64,000 bases of DNA from a bacterium (GTDB lineage Bacteria; UBA8248), in the NCBI GenBank assembly GCA_965213685.1, contig CBDBZY010000003.1:292168-356167 (forward strand), read 5' to 3'. The notes under the pieces are model-generated. The model was not told the DNA's origin. It saw nothing but the letters and a program-made list of their open reading frames with translations, and did no database searches. Positions 22,147 through 31,831 of this stretch are shown one piece after another. Each line of letters opens with the position of its first letter. Positions within the stretch are counted from its first letter, which is position 1. Position numbers and translations under genes: made by a program.

Positions 22147-22869
22147 ATGCGCGTCGACGTTCTTTCCCTGTTCCCCCGCATGGTGGAGGAGGCGTTTCGG
22201 GAAGGCGTCGTAGGGCGCGCGATGCGGGGGGGCCTCCTGCAGCTCCGGGTCTGGAACCTGAGGGATTTCGCCGAGGGGAAATACAGGCAAACCGACGACG
22301 CCCCGTTCGGCGGCGGGGCGGGCATGGTGATGAAGCCCGAGCCGATACTCAGGGCCGCCAGGGCGGTCCGGAAAGACGGGGAGGGCGAGCCGCTCAAGGT
22401 GTTGCTCACCCCGCAGGGGCGGTTGTTCGATCAAGAAACCGCCATGCGCCTCTCCCGCATCCCCAGGCTGCTTCTCATCTGCGGCCGGTATGAGGGCGTG
22501 GACGAGAGGGTGAGCGCGTTGTGCGCGGACGAGGAGATCTCCGTCGGCGATTACGTGCTCTCGGGGGGGGAGATTCCGGCCATGCTCGTGCTGGACGCCG
22601 TCGGCAGGCTGATCCCCGGCGTGCTGGGCAACGATGATTCCGCCGCACAGGACAGCTTCGCCGGCGGCCTGCTCGACCATCCCCACTACACGCGCCCGGC
22701 GGAGTTTGAGGGGATGCGCGTCCCGGAGGTGCTTTTGTCCGGCGACCATGAGGCCATCCGGCTTTGGAGGAGGCGCGAGTCGCTCCGGAGAACGCGGGAG
22801 AGACGGGGAGATTTGTGGGAGCGGGCCGAGTGGAGCGATGAAGATTTGCGTTTGCTGGAATCTCCCTAG
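22147..22869 (+). CDS. trmD: tRNA m1G37 methyltransferase
   Basis: DDAPFGGGAGMV, CGRYEGVDERV, SVGDYVLSGGE, PHYTRP, LLSGDH. Confidence 0.98.
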   Translation: MRVDVLSLFPRMVEEAFREGVVGRAMRGGLLQLRVWNLRDFAEGKYRQTDDAPFGGGAGMVMKPEPILRAARAVRKDGEGEPLKVLLTPQGRLFDQETAMRLSRIPRLLLICGRYEGVDERVSALCADEEISVGDYVLSGGEIPAMLVLDAVGRLIPGVLGNDDSAAQDSFAGGLLDHPHYTRPAEFEGMRVPEVLLSGDHEAIRLWRRRESLRRTRERRGDLWERAEWSDEDLRLLESP

Positions 22870-22889
22870 ACCCGGGAGGCTCGGGATTT

Positions 22890-23516
22890 TTGGGCAACGT
22901 CTATCTCGGGCTGGTGCACCATCCTGTCCTGAATCGGGAGGGCGGGGTTGTGACTTCCTCCGTCACCAGCCTCGATTTGCACGATCTGGCCCGCGTGGGC
23001 CGCACCTATGGAGCCTCGGGCGTATTTGTGGTACATCCCTCCGCTCCGCAGCGGGCCTTCGTCCACCGGGTGATAGGGCATTTCGTGGAAGGGCGGGGGC
23101 GCGTGTTGCACCCGCAAAGAGGGGAGACGCTGGAGTTTCTGGAGGTTTTGCCGTCCCTCGACGCGCTCGTCGAAGAGGTGGAGCGCAGGGAGTCCAGGAG
23201 GCCGCAATGCGCGGCGACGACGGCGCGGCGCGTCCCGCGCGCCGAGGGGTATGGCGCGATGCGAAGCCGGATACGGGGGACGGACGCCCCGCTCGTCGTT
23301 TTGTTCGGCACGAGCTGGGGGCTGGCGGACGAGGTTTTGGATAGGTGCGACGTGGTGTTGCAGCCGGTGCGGGCGGCGGCGGATACGGGGTTCAACCATC
23401 TGTCGGTTCGCGGTGCGGCGGCGGTTGTGGTAGATCGCATTCTGGGCGAGCGAGAGGTATGCGGCGGAGATTTTCAGGAAAAGGAGCAGGCGGGTGAACA
23501 TTATCGATCGGATTGA
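22890..23516 (+). CDS. SPOUT-class RNA methyltransferase of the trmD-associated type
   Basis: [47 protein letters not shown]. Confidence 0.88.
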   Translation: MGNVYLGLVHHPVLNREGGVVTSSVTSLDLHDLARVGRTYGASGVFVVHPSAPQRAFVHRVIGHFVEGRGRVLHPQRGETLEFLEVLPSLDALVEEVERRESRRPQCAATTARRVPRAEGYGAMRSRIRGTDAPLVVLFGTSWGLADEVLDRCDVVLQPVRAAADTGFNHLSVRGAAAVVVDRILGEREVCGGDFQEKEQAGEHYRSD

Positions 23517-23841
23517 GCGCGAGGGCATGCGCAAGGACGTTCCCGAGTTTGAACCGGGGGACACGGTGCGCGTTCACGTGAAAATCGTGGAGGGCGACAA
23601 GGAGCGCATCCAGGTGTTCGAGGGCGTCGTCATCGGGAGGCAGGGCGGCGGGCTTCGCGAGAGATTCCGCGTTCGCAAACTCTCCTACGGCATCGGCGTG
23701 GAGCGGATATTTCCGGTGCACTCTCCCAGGATTGACAGGATAGAGATTACCCGAAAGGGCCGCGTGCGCCGCGCGAAGCTCTACTACCTGCGGGAGCGCA
23801 AGGGCAAGGCGGCCCAAGTGAAGGAGCGCCGCAGAAGGTAG
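23494..23841 (+). CDS. rplS: 50S ribosomal protein L19
   Basis: [43 protein letters not shown]. Confidence 0.98.
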   Translation: MNIIDRIEREGMRKDVPEFEPGDTVRVHVKIVEGDKERIQVFEGVVIGRQGGGLRERFRVRKLSYGIGVERIFPVHSPRIDRIEITRKGRVRRAKLYYLRERKGKAAQVKERRRR

Positions 23842-23912
23842 CGCCAGCGCCGCATCGCTCGCCCCAAGGGACGAGCCTCCGGCCCCCGGGGGGGGCTTTC
23901 CGGGGCCGTCCC

Positions 23913-24962
23913 TCACCCCTCGATGAAGTTTTGCACCTCGCTGTAGAGCGCCTCGCGGCACCATTCGTACTGGGCGAAATGCGTGGCGTCTCCCAGGACG
24001 ACCGAGCGCTTCCCCCGGCTGTTGACCAGCGCGCGATAGACGGCGGAGAAGACGGGCGCGGTGGAGCTCCTGTCGTGGTCGCCCCGGATGGTCAGGACCG
24101 GACAGGTGATCTTGCGCGCGTCGTAGAGCGGCTTGTTGCGCGCGCGGTCGTACGCGTCCGCCATCGCGCCGTTGGGCACGCGGACGGCGGGCGTTTTTCT
24201 GTGGCTGCCCTCCTCGTCGAATCGCAGCTGCTCCGTCCAGAAGCGCCGAATCGCCTCCTCCGTTCTCCACTTGGCATGCCGCCCCTCGGGGATGCTCCCG
24301 TCCCATCGCTCCCGCTGGTAGCTTTCGGTGACCCAGCGCCACGCCCCGCGCCGGGGGTCCCAGCGGCCGGGCCGCGCGGGGTCTTCCTGGCGGGCGGCCG
24401 CCTCGGGGTCGTCGTATGCGTAGAAGGGGGCGTACAGCGCGAGGCGGCGGACGCGGCCTTGTTTCCCGGCGGTGAAGGCGGCCGTCGTCGTGGTGCCCCA
24501 GGACCAGCCGAGGAGGTTCAGCTTGCCGATGGCGTTTTGCCCGCAAATGAACCGCACGGCGGCGTCGATGTCGCGCACCGCAGTGAGTCCCCGCACGGCC
24601 GGCGGCTGGTCCGCGGGGTTTCTGCGCATTTCCGGGGGGCGCGTGGAGGGGCCGTACCCCCGAATGCAGAGGGCGTAGACGTGAAAACCGCGGCCTGCGA
24701 CGAAATCCATCCACGAGTAGCCGGGCAGCGGGAGGTCGAACGCGACGGGCGACGGGGTGCTTTGCCCATGCACCATCAGCAGCGTGTTGGCCGCCTCGGT
24801 CTTCCGCATTCCCCGGGGCTTCTTCTCTCGCAGGTGCAGCCGGACGCCCGCGTCGTGGGCATCGATGAAGTGGTCTTTTTGAAATATCGCGGCACGCGCC
24901 AACGCCTCTTCTCCCGGTGGAGGAACCCCCCGCATCCTCTCAAATTCTTGTCCATCCTCCAA
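23913..24962 (-). CDS. Alpha/beta-fold hydrolase
   Basis: VHG oxyanion motif, RGYGPS, GWSWG nucleophile elbow, GDHD and ATHF triad candidates. Confidence 0.85.
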   Translation of the reverse strand: MEDGQEFERMRGVPPPGEEALARAAIFQKDHFIDAHDAGVRLHLREKKPRGMRKTEAANTLLMVHGQSTPSPVAFDLPLPGYSWMDFVAGRGFHVYALCIRGYGPSTRPPEMRRNPADQPPAVRGLTAVRDIDAAVRFICGQNAIGKLNLLGWSWGTTTTAAFTAGKQGRVRRLALYAPFYAYDDPEAAARQEDPARPGRWDPRRGAWRWVTESYQRERWDGSIPEGRHAKWRTEEAIRRFWTEQLRFDEEGSHRKTPAVRVPNGAMADAYDRARNKPLYDARKITCPVLTIRGDHDRSSTAPVFSAVYRALVNSRGKRSVVLGDATHFAQYEWCREALYSEVQNFIEG

Positions 24963-25033
24963 GCGCAGCGGCCGGGCGCTCCGCTTGAAGATGCTTCGAT
25001 TTGGCGATAGATTGCTCCTCTCCGCCGCCTAGT

Positions 25034-25648
25034 ATGGTGTCCCCCATGTATTCCATCGAGCTGGCTCTTGCGAGAGAGGGCGCCTCGGCCGTCGCGGGCG
25101 TGGACGAGGCCGGGCGCGGATCTCTGGCGGGCCCGGTGGTTGCCGCCGCCGTGGTGCTGGACCCGGACGATCCGATCTGCGGGCTGGATGACAGCAAAAA
25201 GCTCTCCCCGCGCAAGAGGGAGACGCTGCTCTCCGAGATTCTCGCCCGCGCGCGCGCCGTGGCCCTGGCGGCGGCCGGCCCGCGCGAGATCGAGAGAGTC
25301 AACATCCTGCAGGCGTCGCTTCGCGCGATGGTGACCGCCGTGGGAAGGCTTGCGTGTGCCCCTGCGCATGTGCTCATCGACGGGAACATCGCGATTCCCG
25401 CGCCATTGCCGCAAACCCCGCTGGTAGGGGGAGACGCGCGGTGTGCCTGCATCGCGGCGGCGAGCGTGGTCGCCAAGGTGCATCGGGATCGGCTCATGGC
25501 GCGGATGGACGGGCGTTTTCCGGGCTACGGGTTCCGCAAGCACAAGGGATACCCCACGCAGGAGCACCTCGCCGCCCTGGAGCGGCATGGCCGCTGCCGC
25601 ATTCATCGCCGGACTTTTCGGGGGGTGCCTCCGGAGGCCGGGGCGTGA
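25034..25648 (+). CDS. rnhB: Ribonuclease HII
   Basis: AGVDEAGRG.LAGPV, DDSKKL, IAAASVVAKV.RD, HKGYPT. Confidence 0.97.
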   Translation: MVSPMYSIELALAREGASAVAGVDEAGRGSLAGPVVAAAVVLDPDDPICGLDDSKKLSPRKRETLLSEILARARAVALAAAGPREIERVNILQASLRAMVTAVGRLACAPAHVLIDGNIAIPAPLPQTPLVGGDARCACIAAASVVAKVHRDRLMARMDGRFPGYGFRKHKGYPTQEHLAALERHGRCRIHRRTFRGVPPEAGA

Positions 25649-25655
25649 GGACGCC

Positions 25656-26015
25656 ATGAGTCAGGCGGGCGGAAAACGGGGAGAGGATGCGGCCGTCCGG
25701 TTCCTGCGCCGCCGCGGGTATGAAATCGTGGAGCGCAACTACCGCGGCTCCCGCTACGAGGTGGACATCATCGCGCGCGAGGGGGAGGTTCTCTCCTTCG
25801 TCGAGGTGAAGACCCGAGCGGCCGGCAAGTCCTGGAGCGGTGCGGAGGCCGTCAACCGGGAGAAGCAGCGGCGCATCGCACAGGCCGCGCAGCACTACCT
25901 GATGGCTCACCCGCACGAGCGGGCTTGCGCGTGCCGCTTCGACGTGGTGTTGCTGGAGGTGGAAGCCGGGAAAAGGCCGAGGGCCAAACGACTTCTGCGG
26001 AATGCGTTTTCGTAG
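25656..26015 (+). CDS. yraN: YraN family (UPF0102) predicted endonuclease
   Basis: GE..A..FL...GY.IVERN.R..EVDIIA, FVEVKTR, RFDVV. Confidence 0.93.
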   Translation: MSQAGGKRGEDAAVRFLRRRGYEIVERNYRGSRYEVDIIAREGEVLSFVEVKTRAAGKSWSGAEAVNREKQRRIAQAAQHYLMAHPHERACACRFDVVLLEVEAGKRPRAKRLLRNAFS

Positions 26016-26095
26016 CCCCCTTTCCCCTGCGGATTTGCGCCGCCGTCGGGAGAAAGTCCCCGTCCGGGGCGCGTTTGCCTTTATCTATCTGTTTC

Positions 26096-26890
26096 CTATC
26101 TGTTGCGCGCGGCGATCAGGCGAAGCCCCAGAAGGGTGAGCGCCGGGTTGCGCACGTCGAAGACGCCCGCCTCCTCGCCATCCGCGCCTTCGTTGAACGT
26201 CAGGCTCTGGCCGCCGGTTGCGACGACCTTCGCATTTTCGCCGAGTTCGGCCTTCATGCGGCCCACGATTTCCTTGACCAGGCCCCGATACCCGTATGCG
26301 ATGCCGGATTGAATGCTGTGGACCGTGTTGCGGCCGATGACCGAGGGGGGGATGGCGGTCTCGACCCTGGGAAGCCGCGCCGTCTTGTCGATGAGCGCAT
26401 CGAGTGCGATTCCCAGGCCGGGGGCGATGGCCCCGCCCAGGTATTCTCCGCCGGCGGATATCGCGTCGAAGGTGATGGCCGTTCCGAAATCCACGATGAT
26501 CAATGGCCCGCCGTACAGGTGGTGGCCGGCGACGGCGTTGACGATTCGGTCCGCCCCCACCTCGCGGGGGTTGTCGTATTTTATCGGGATTCCGGTGCGG
26601 GTGCCCGGGCCGACGACCAGCGGCTTTACCCCGAAATGGCGCTTGGACATCTCCTCCAGCGTGGGCCCCAGGGGCGGAACGACGCTCGCGATGACGATGC
26701 GGCCCACCTCCGACATCCGATGCCCCCCGACGCGGAACAGGCCTTCCATGAGAATGGCGAGTTCGTCCGTCGTGCGGCGGGCGACGGAGCCGAGCCGCCA
26801 GCTCGCGCGGAGCGTCTCCCCGTCAAAGAGCCCGACGACGGTTTGCGTGTTGCCGACGTCGATGGCCAGCAGGCGGGAGCCCCTGCTCAC
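26096..26890 (-). CDS. coaX: Type III pantothenate kinase
   Basis: IDVGNT, SVVP, VGADRIVN, VDFGTA.TFD, GGAIAPG, ATGG. Confidence 0.96.
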   Translation of the reverse strand: MSRGSRLLAIDVGNTQTVVGLFDGETLRASWRLGSVARRTTDELAILMEGLFRVGGHRMSEVGRIVIASVVPPLGPTLEEMSKRHFGVKPLVVGPGTRTGIPIKYDNPREVGADRIVNAVAGHHLYGGPLIIVDFGTAITFDAISAGGEYLGGAIAPGLGIALDALIDKTARLPRVETAIPPSVIGRNTVHSIQSGIAYGYRGLVKEIVGRMKAELGENAKVVATGGQSLTFNEGADGEEAGVFDVRNPALTLLGLRLIAARNR

Positions 26891-27654
26891 AGGAGCTCCA
26901 TCGCACCGGAATCCAGCCTCTGGACGGCGCCGTCGGCGGCCTGAAGCATCAGGCGGCCCGCCTCGTCAATGCCTTCGCTTCTTCCGTGCACCGTCCTGTC
27001 CGCCAGGCGGAGGGATACCCTCTGGCCCAGATGATCGCAGCGGCTGAGCCAGCGGCTGCGAATTTCCCCGAAACCGTTCGACAGGAATTCCTTGTACCAG
27101 AAGGCGACGCGCCCCAGAAGGGAGTGGAGCAGATCCTCCGGGCGGGGGACCCTCCCCCCGGAGAGCAGAACGGAGGAGGCGGCTTCGCGCAACGCGGGGG
27201 GGAAATCGCCCCTGCCCGTCGCGACGTTGATTCCCACGCCCGCGATGACGGCGGGAGGCCCATCTGGGGCGGCCGCGCATTCGCACAGGATTCCGCCGAT
27301 TTTTTTCCCCTCCACCCGCAAGTCGTTCGGCCACTTGAGACCGATGCGGCAGCCCGTCGCCTCCTGGAGCCCCTCCGCGACGGCGACGCCCATGAGGAGC
27401 GTCGTGGCGGGAAGAAGTTCGGTCCGGACGTCCGGCCGAAGCAGGGCGGAGAAATACAACCCGCCCCCCGGCGGCGAAAACCAGGCGCGGCCCCGCCTCC
27501 CCCTGCCCCTGGTTTGGGACCTCGCCCGTATGACGAGGCCCTCGGCCGCACCCTCTCGCGCTCTGGCCGCCACCAGATCGTTGGTGGAGCCGACCTCCTC
27601 GAGCGTTTCGACCCGCCAGCACAGCCCCCGCGCGCTCGGGGCGATGCGCTTCAT
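26887..27654 (-). CDS. birA: Biotin--acetyl-CoA-carboxylase ligase (no HTH)
   Basis: GSTND, QTRGRGRRGRAWFSP, LKWPND, KKIGGIL, GVGINV. Confidence 0.95.
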   Translation of the reverse strand: MKRIAPSARGLCWRVETLEEVGSTNDLVAARAREGAAEGLVIRARSQTRGRGRRGRAWFSPPGGGLYFSALLRPDVRTELLPATTLLMGVAVAEGLQEATGCRIGLKWPNDLRVEGKKIGGILCECAAAPDGPPAVIAGVGINVATGRGDFPPALREAASSVLLSGGRVPRPEDLLHSLLGRVAFWYKEFLSNGFGEIRSRWLSRCDHLGQRVSLRLADRTVHGRSEGIDEAGRLMLQAADGAVQRLDSGAMELL

Positions 27655-30276
27655 CTAGTTCTGGAGCTCCAGTATGCGGGCGGTGCTCTCGCGAAGTTTC
27701 TCCACCCGCTCGCGGGTTTCGCGCAAGCGGGTTCTGTCCTTCTCCACGATGGCGGCCGGTGCGCGTTCGATGAAGGAGGCGTTTGCGAGCTTCTTCTCCA
27801 GGCCGGATATGGCGTCGCTCGCGTCCGAGATTTGCTTGTGGAGGCGTTTCAACTCCTCCGCGACGTCGATGAGGCCGCCGATGGGGACGAACACCTGGAG
27901 GCCGCCGGAGACGGCGACAGCCGACGCCCTGGGCCGCTCCACATCGGGGCCGACGCTCCAGTCGGGCGCGATCCGCGCCAGCCTCCGTATCCATTCGGAT
28001 TCGCGGATGATGAGGTTCTCCTCGTCGGAGTTGCCGACGTGAACGTGCGCTTCCACCTCTTGCCCCGGGGAGATGCGCAACTCTCCCCGAAGGTTTCGGA
28101 TGCTGCTGATCATGTCCATCAGCCCGCCGAACTCCTCTTCCGCTTCCGGGTCGTCCCAGTCGTCCCGCGGTTTCGGCCATTCGGCCACCACGATGCTCTC
28201 GCCCGCGCGATTCGGGAGTTTTTGCCAGATTTCCTCGGTGATGAAGGGGATGATCGGGTGCAGGAGGCGAAGCGTGCGCTCCAGTACCTCGGCGAGCACC
28301 GCGCGGCTGGCGTCGGCGCCCTCCTCCGAGGCGAGGGACGGCTTGATCACCTCCAGGTACCAGTCGCACAGCTCATGCCAGGTGAACTGATACAGGGCGA
28401 GGGCTGCGTCGTTGAAGCGGTATTCCCCGAGGGCTTTCGTCACCTGGCGCGTCAGGCCGTTGAGTCGGCTCAACATCCATCTGTCCCCGAGAGACAGCGC
28501 CTCTCGCTCCGGGACGGGGGGAACCGAATCTCCCAGGTGCATCAGGGTGAAGCGGGCCGCGTTCCAGATTTTGTTGCAGAAGTTCCGGTACCCGGCGATG
28601 CGCTCCGTGGACATGCGGATGTCGCGTCCCTGGGCGGCCATGGCGGCGAGCGTGAACCGGAGCGAATCGGCGCCGAACTCCTCGATGATTTCCAGCGGGT
28701 CGATGATGTTTCCCCGCGTTTTGCTCATCTTCTGCCCGTGCTCATCCCGCACGAGGGCGTGGATGTAGACGTCGCGGAACGGAACGTCGTCCATGAACTT
28801 GAGGCCCGCCATGATCATCCGCGCCACCCAGAAGAAGATGATGTCGAACCCGGTGACGAGGACGGAGGTGGGGTAGAAGTATTTCAGGTCCGGGTTGGCG
28901 TCCGGCCACCCGAACGTCGAGAAGGGCCACAGAGCGGAGCTGAACCAGGTGTCGAGCACGTCGGTTTCGCGGCGGAGGTTCGGGTCGTCGGGGTCCTCGC
29001 GCGAGACGATGACCTCTCCGGTATCATCGTCATACCAGGCGGGTATCTGGTGGCCCCACCAAATCTGGCGGCTGATGCACCAGTCGCGAATGTTGCGCAT
29101 CCACTCAAAATAGGTGGATTCCCATTGCGCGGGGATGATTTTGATTCGCCCGTCCTCCACGGCGCGAATCGATTCCTCCGCCAGCGGTTTCGCGCGCACG
29201 AACCATTGCTTCGACATGTACGGCTCCACCACGGTGCCGCAGCGATAGCATCCGCCGACGGCGTGGCGGTGGGCCTCCACCCCCCGCGTCAGCCCCCGCT
29301 CCTCCATGTCGGCGAGGATGCGCCCGCGCGCCTCGAACCTGTCCAGCCCTGCGTAAGGCCCCCCGTTTTCGTTGATTTTCGCGTCCGGGGCGAGGATGTT
29401 GATCCGGGGGAGATCGTTTCGCAGCCCCGCCTCGAAATCGTTCGGATCGTGTGCCGGCGTGACCTTCACCGCCCCGGAGCCGAACGCGGCGTCCACGAAA
29501 GAATCCGCGATGATCGGGATTTTCCTGTCCAGAAGCGGCAGGCGCAGGTGTTTGCCCACCATGCCCTTGTATCTCTCATCCTCGGGGTGAACCGCCACGG
29601 CGGTGTCGCCCAGCATGGTTTCGGGGCGGGTCGTCGCGATGGTGACGCCCTCTCCGCCATCCCAGAGCGGATAGTGGAATCTCCAGAGGTGGCCGTCCTG
29701 CTCCTCGTGTTCGACCTCCAGGTCGGAGACGGCCGTCCCGCACCTCGGGCACCAGTTCACCAGATAGTTGTCGCGGTAAACCAGCCCCTCCTCATACAGC
29801 CGCACGAAGGCCTCGCGCACGGCGCGGGACAATCCCTCGTCCATGGTGAACCGCTCGCGCTCCCAGTCGCACGAGGCGCCCAGGCGGTGGAGCTGGCGAA
29901 TGATGGTGCCGCCGCTCTCGGCCTTCCACTTCCAGACGCGCTCGACGAATTTCTCGCGCCCCAGCGCCTCCCGGGAGAGGTTCTCCCCGGCGAGCTGTCG
30001 CTCCACCACGTTCTGGGTAGCGATGCCCGCATGGTCGGTGCCCGGCATCCAGCAGACGCGCGATCCGCTCATCCGCTTCCAGCGGGCGAGGATGTCCTGC
30101 AGGGTGTTGTTCAGGGCGTGTCCCATGTGAAGGGAGCCCGTCACGTTGGGCGGCGGGATGACGATGGCGTACGGCGCGTGACGCGCACTCGGCGCGCCCT
30201 GAAAATATCCGCGCTTCAGCCATTCCGCATACCAGCGGTCCTCAGCCCCTTTCGGGTCGTAGCGGGGTTCCAGCAA
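27655..30276 (-). CDS. valS: Valine--tRNA ligase
   Basis: PPPNVTGSLHMGH, DWCISRQIWWGH, DVLDTWFSS, KMSK, C-terminal coiled-coil arm. Confidence 0.99.
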   Translation of the reverse strand: MLEPRYDPKGAEDRWYAEWLKRGYFQGAPSARHAPYAIVIPPPNVTGSLHMGHALNNTLQDILARWKRMSGSRVCWMPGTDHAGIATQNVVERQLAGENLSREALGREKFVERVWKWKAESGGTIIRQLHRLGASCDWERERFTMDEGLSRAVREAFVRLYEEGLVYRDNYLVNWCPRCGTAVSDLEVEHEEQDGHLWRFHYPLWDGGEGVTIATTRPETMLGDTAVAVHPEDERYKGMVGKHLRLPLLDRKIPIIADSFVDAAFGSGAVKVTPAHDPNDFEAGLRNDLPRINILAPDAKINENGGPYAGLDRFEARGRILADMEERGLTRGVEAHRHAVGGCYRCGTVVEPYMSKQWFVRAKPLAEESIRAVEDGRIKIIPAQWESTYFEWMRNIRDWCISRQIWWGHQIPAWYDDDTGEVIVSREDPDDPNLRRETDVLDTWFSSALWPFSTFGWPDANPDLKYFYPTSVLVTGFDIIFFWVARMIMAGLKFMDDVPFRDVYIHALVRDEHGQKMSKTRGNIIDPLEIIEEFGADSLRFTLAAMAAQGRDIRMSTERIAGYRNFCNKIWNAARFTLMHLGDSVPPVPEREALSLGDRWMLSRLNGLTRQVTKALGEYRFNDAALALYQFTWHELCDWYLEVIKPSLASEEGADASRAVLAEVLERTLRLLHPIIPFITEEIWQKLPNRAGESIVVAEWPKPRDDWDDPEAEEEFGGLMDMISSIRNLRGELRISPGQEVEAHVHVGNSDEENLIIRESEWIRRLARIAPDWSVGPDVERPRASAVAVSGGLQVFVPIGGLIDVAEELKRLHKQISDASDAISGLEKKLANASFIERAPAAIVEKDRTRLRETRERVEKLRESTARILELQN

Positions 30277-30282
30277 GGGTTT

Positions 30283-31683
30283 TTATTCTCCGCGTTTGAT
30301 CTTTTCGATTTCCCGAAGAACGATTTGCTCTACTATGTGGGGAAGCTTGTCCGCCACGACGCTTTCAATGTGGCGCAACAATGTGGGGACAATCCGCATC
30401 GCGGCCTCTTCCAGAGATTTCTGGATGATGGGGTCGATCCGCTCGCCATCCAGCCCGGGCGCGACGCCGGGGGAGGGAAGGGGCGCCTCCTCCGCATCGC
30501 CTGTGACGGAAGCGCCTTCCGGCGGGCTGGCCGCCTCCCCCGCTTCTGCGGGCGGATTTTCGGCATCTGCGGGAGGATGGGCGGATTCCGCAGGCGTCTC
30601 CGGGGGGGCTTCTGGAGGGAGGGGCGTCTCCTCCGCATCGCCCGCGACGGACGCGCCTTCTGGCGGGCTGGCCGCTTCCCCCACTTCTGCGGGCGGATTT
30701 TCGGCATCTGCGGGAGGATGGGCGGCTTCCGCAGGCGTCTCCGGGGTGTCTTCTGGAGGGAGTGGCGGCGTCTCCCCCGCATCGCCCGCGACGGAAGCGC
30801 CTTCTGGCGGGCTGGCGGCCGCCTCCCCCGCTTCTGCGGGCGGATTTTCGGCATCTGCGGGAGGATGGGCGGATTCCGCAGGCGTCTCCGGGGGGGCTTC
30901 CGGAGGGAGGGGCGCCTCCTCCGCATCGCCCGCGACGGACGCGCCCTGTGGCGGGCCGGCCGCCTCCTCCGCTTCTGCGGGCAGGTTTTCGGCATCTGCG
31001 GGAGAGAGGGCGGCTTCCGCAGGCGTCTCCGGGGGGTCTTCTGGAGGGAGGGGCGTCTCCTCCGCATCGCCTGTGACGGAAGCGCCTTCCGGCGGGCTGG
31101 CCGCCTCCTCCGCTTCTGCGGGCGGATTTTCGGCATCTGCGGGAGTGTGGGCGGCTTCCGCAGGCGTCTCGGGGGGGGCTTCTGGCGGGAGGATCGCCTC
31201 CTCCGCATCGCCCGCGACGAACGCGCCCTCTGGCGGGCTGGCCGCCTCCCCCGAGGATTCTTCTTCGGGGGGTCGTTCCGGAGAATCCGCGTCCGCCCGC
31301 TCTGCCGGGGCCGACGCCAGGGCGAAGGCGCGCTCTATTTTCTCCGTGAATACATGGGGCTTGAACGGTTTCTCGATGATGTCGGCGGCGTCCACTTCGC
31401 GTATTTCCGCCTCGCTGACGCTTGTGCGCGTGCTCGTCAGGACGATGAGGGGCACGTCGGAGAGTTCGGCGTTCCGGCGCAGGCTCCGGCAGAAGGCCAT
31501 GCCGTCGGAATTCTCCATGTCCAGGCTGGCCACGACGACGGTCGGCGGCCGGTTCTCCGCGATCTCGATGGCGTCCTCGGCCTTGTCCGCCAGATGGAGG
31601 TCCACGTTCTTGTCGCGAAAGGCTAGTTCCGCCACGCGCTGAACCAGCAGGCTTTCGTCCAGCAGGAGCAGGTTGGTCGGCAT
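30283..31683 (-). CDS. RomR-like protein: atypical receiver domain, acidic Pro-rich repeats and a PopZ/RomR-C-like helical tail
   Basis: MPTNLLLLDES...KPF receiver with S at the phospho-Asp position (VVVASLDM); C-terminal KLPHIVEQIVLREIEKIKRGE; directly upstream of valS. Confidence 0.72.
   Translation of the reverse strand: MPTNLLLLDESLLVQRVAELAFRDKNVDLHLADKAEDAIEIAENRPPTVVVASLDMENSDGMAFCRSLRRNAELSDVPLIVLTSTRTSVSEAEIREVDAADIIEKPFKPHVFTEKIERAFALASAPAERADADSPERPPEEESSGEAASPPEGAFVAGDAEEAILPPEAPPETPAEAAHTPADAENPPAEAEEAASPPEGASVTGDAEETPLPPEDPPETPAEAALSPADAENLPAEAEEAAGPPQGASVAGDAEEAPLPPEAPPETPAESAHPPADAENPPAEAGEAAASPPEGASVAGDAGETPPLPPEDTPETPAEAAHPPADAENPPAEVGEAASPPEGASVAGDAEETPLPPEAPPETPAESAHPPADAENPPAEAGEAASPPEGASVTGDAEEAPLPSPGVAPGLDGERIDPIIQKSLEEAAMRIVPTLLRHIESVVADKLPHIVEQIVLREIEKIKRGE
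30470..31250 (-). repeat. Coding tandem repeat, ~141 bp (47-48 aa), about 5.4 copies
   Basis: Unit SPPEGASVAGDAEE.PLPPEAPPETPAE.AHPPADAENPPAEA.EAA recurs with few substitutions. Confidence 0.95.
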
Positions 31684-31831
31684 GGCATGGTCCCTTCTCC
31701 GGGTATCCGCTCGATGAGCCGGACGGAGGGTTCGAAACGGGCGATTTCAGGAGCGCATATCTTTTCAAATGACGCAGTTCTTCCCCTCGAGCCGGTGCGC
31801 ATCATGCCATTATCGCAATTCGGGGGTCAAC

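Noticed and set aside
26986-31626. 1546-aa plus-strand ORF and other long antisense ORFs (e.g. 49772-52642, 52819-54882, 4992-6911)
   Set aside because: Shadow frames opposite valS, clpB, dnaK and tsf/pyrH caused by high-GC codon bias; no recognisable motifs.
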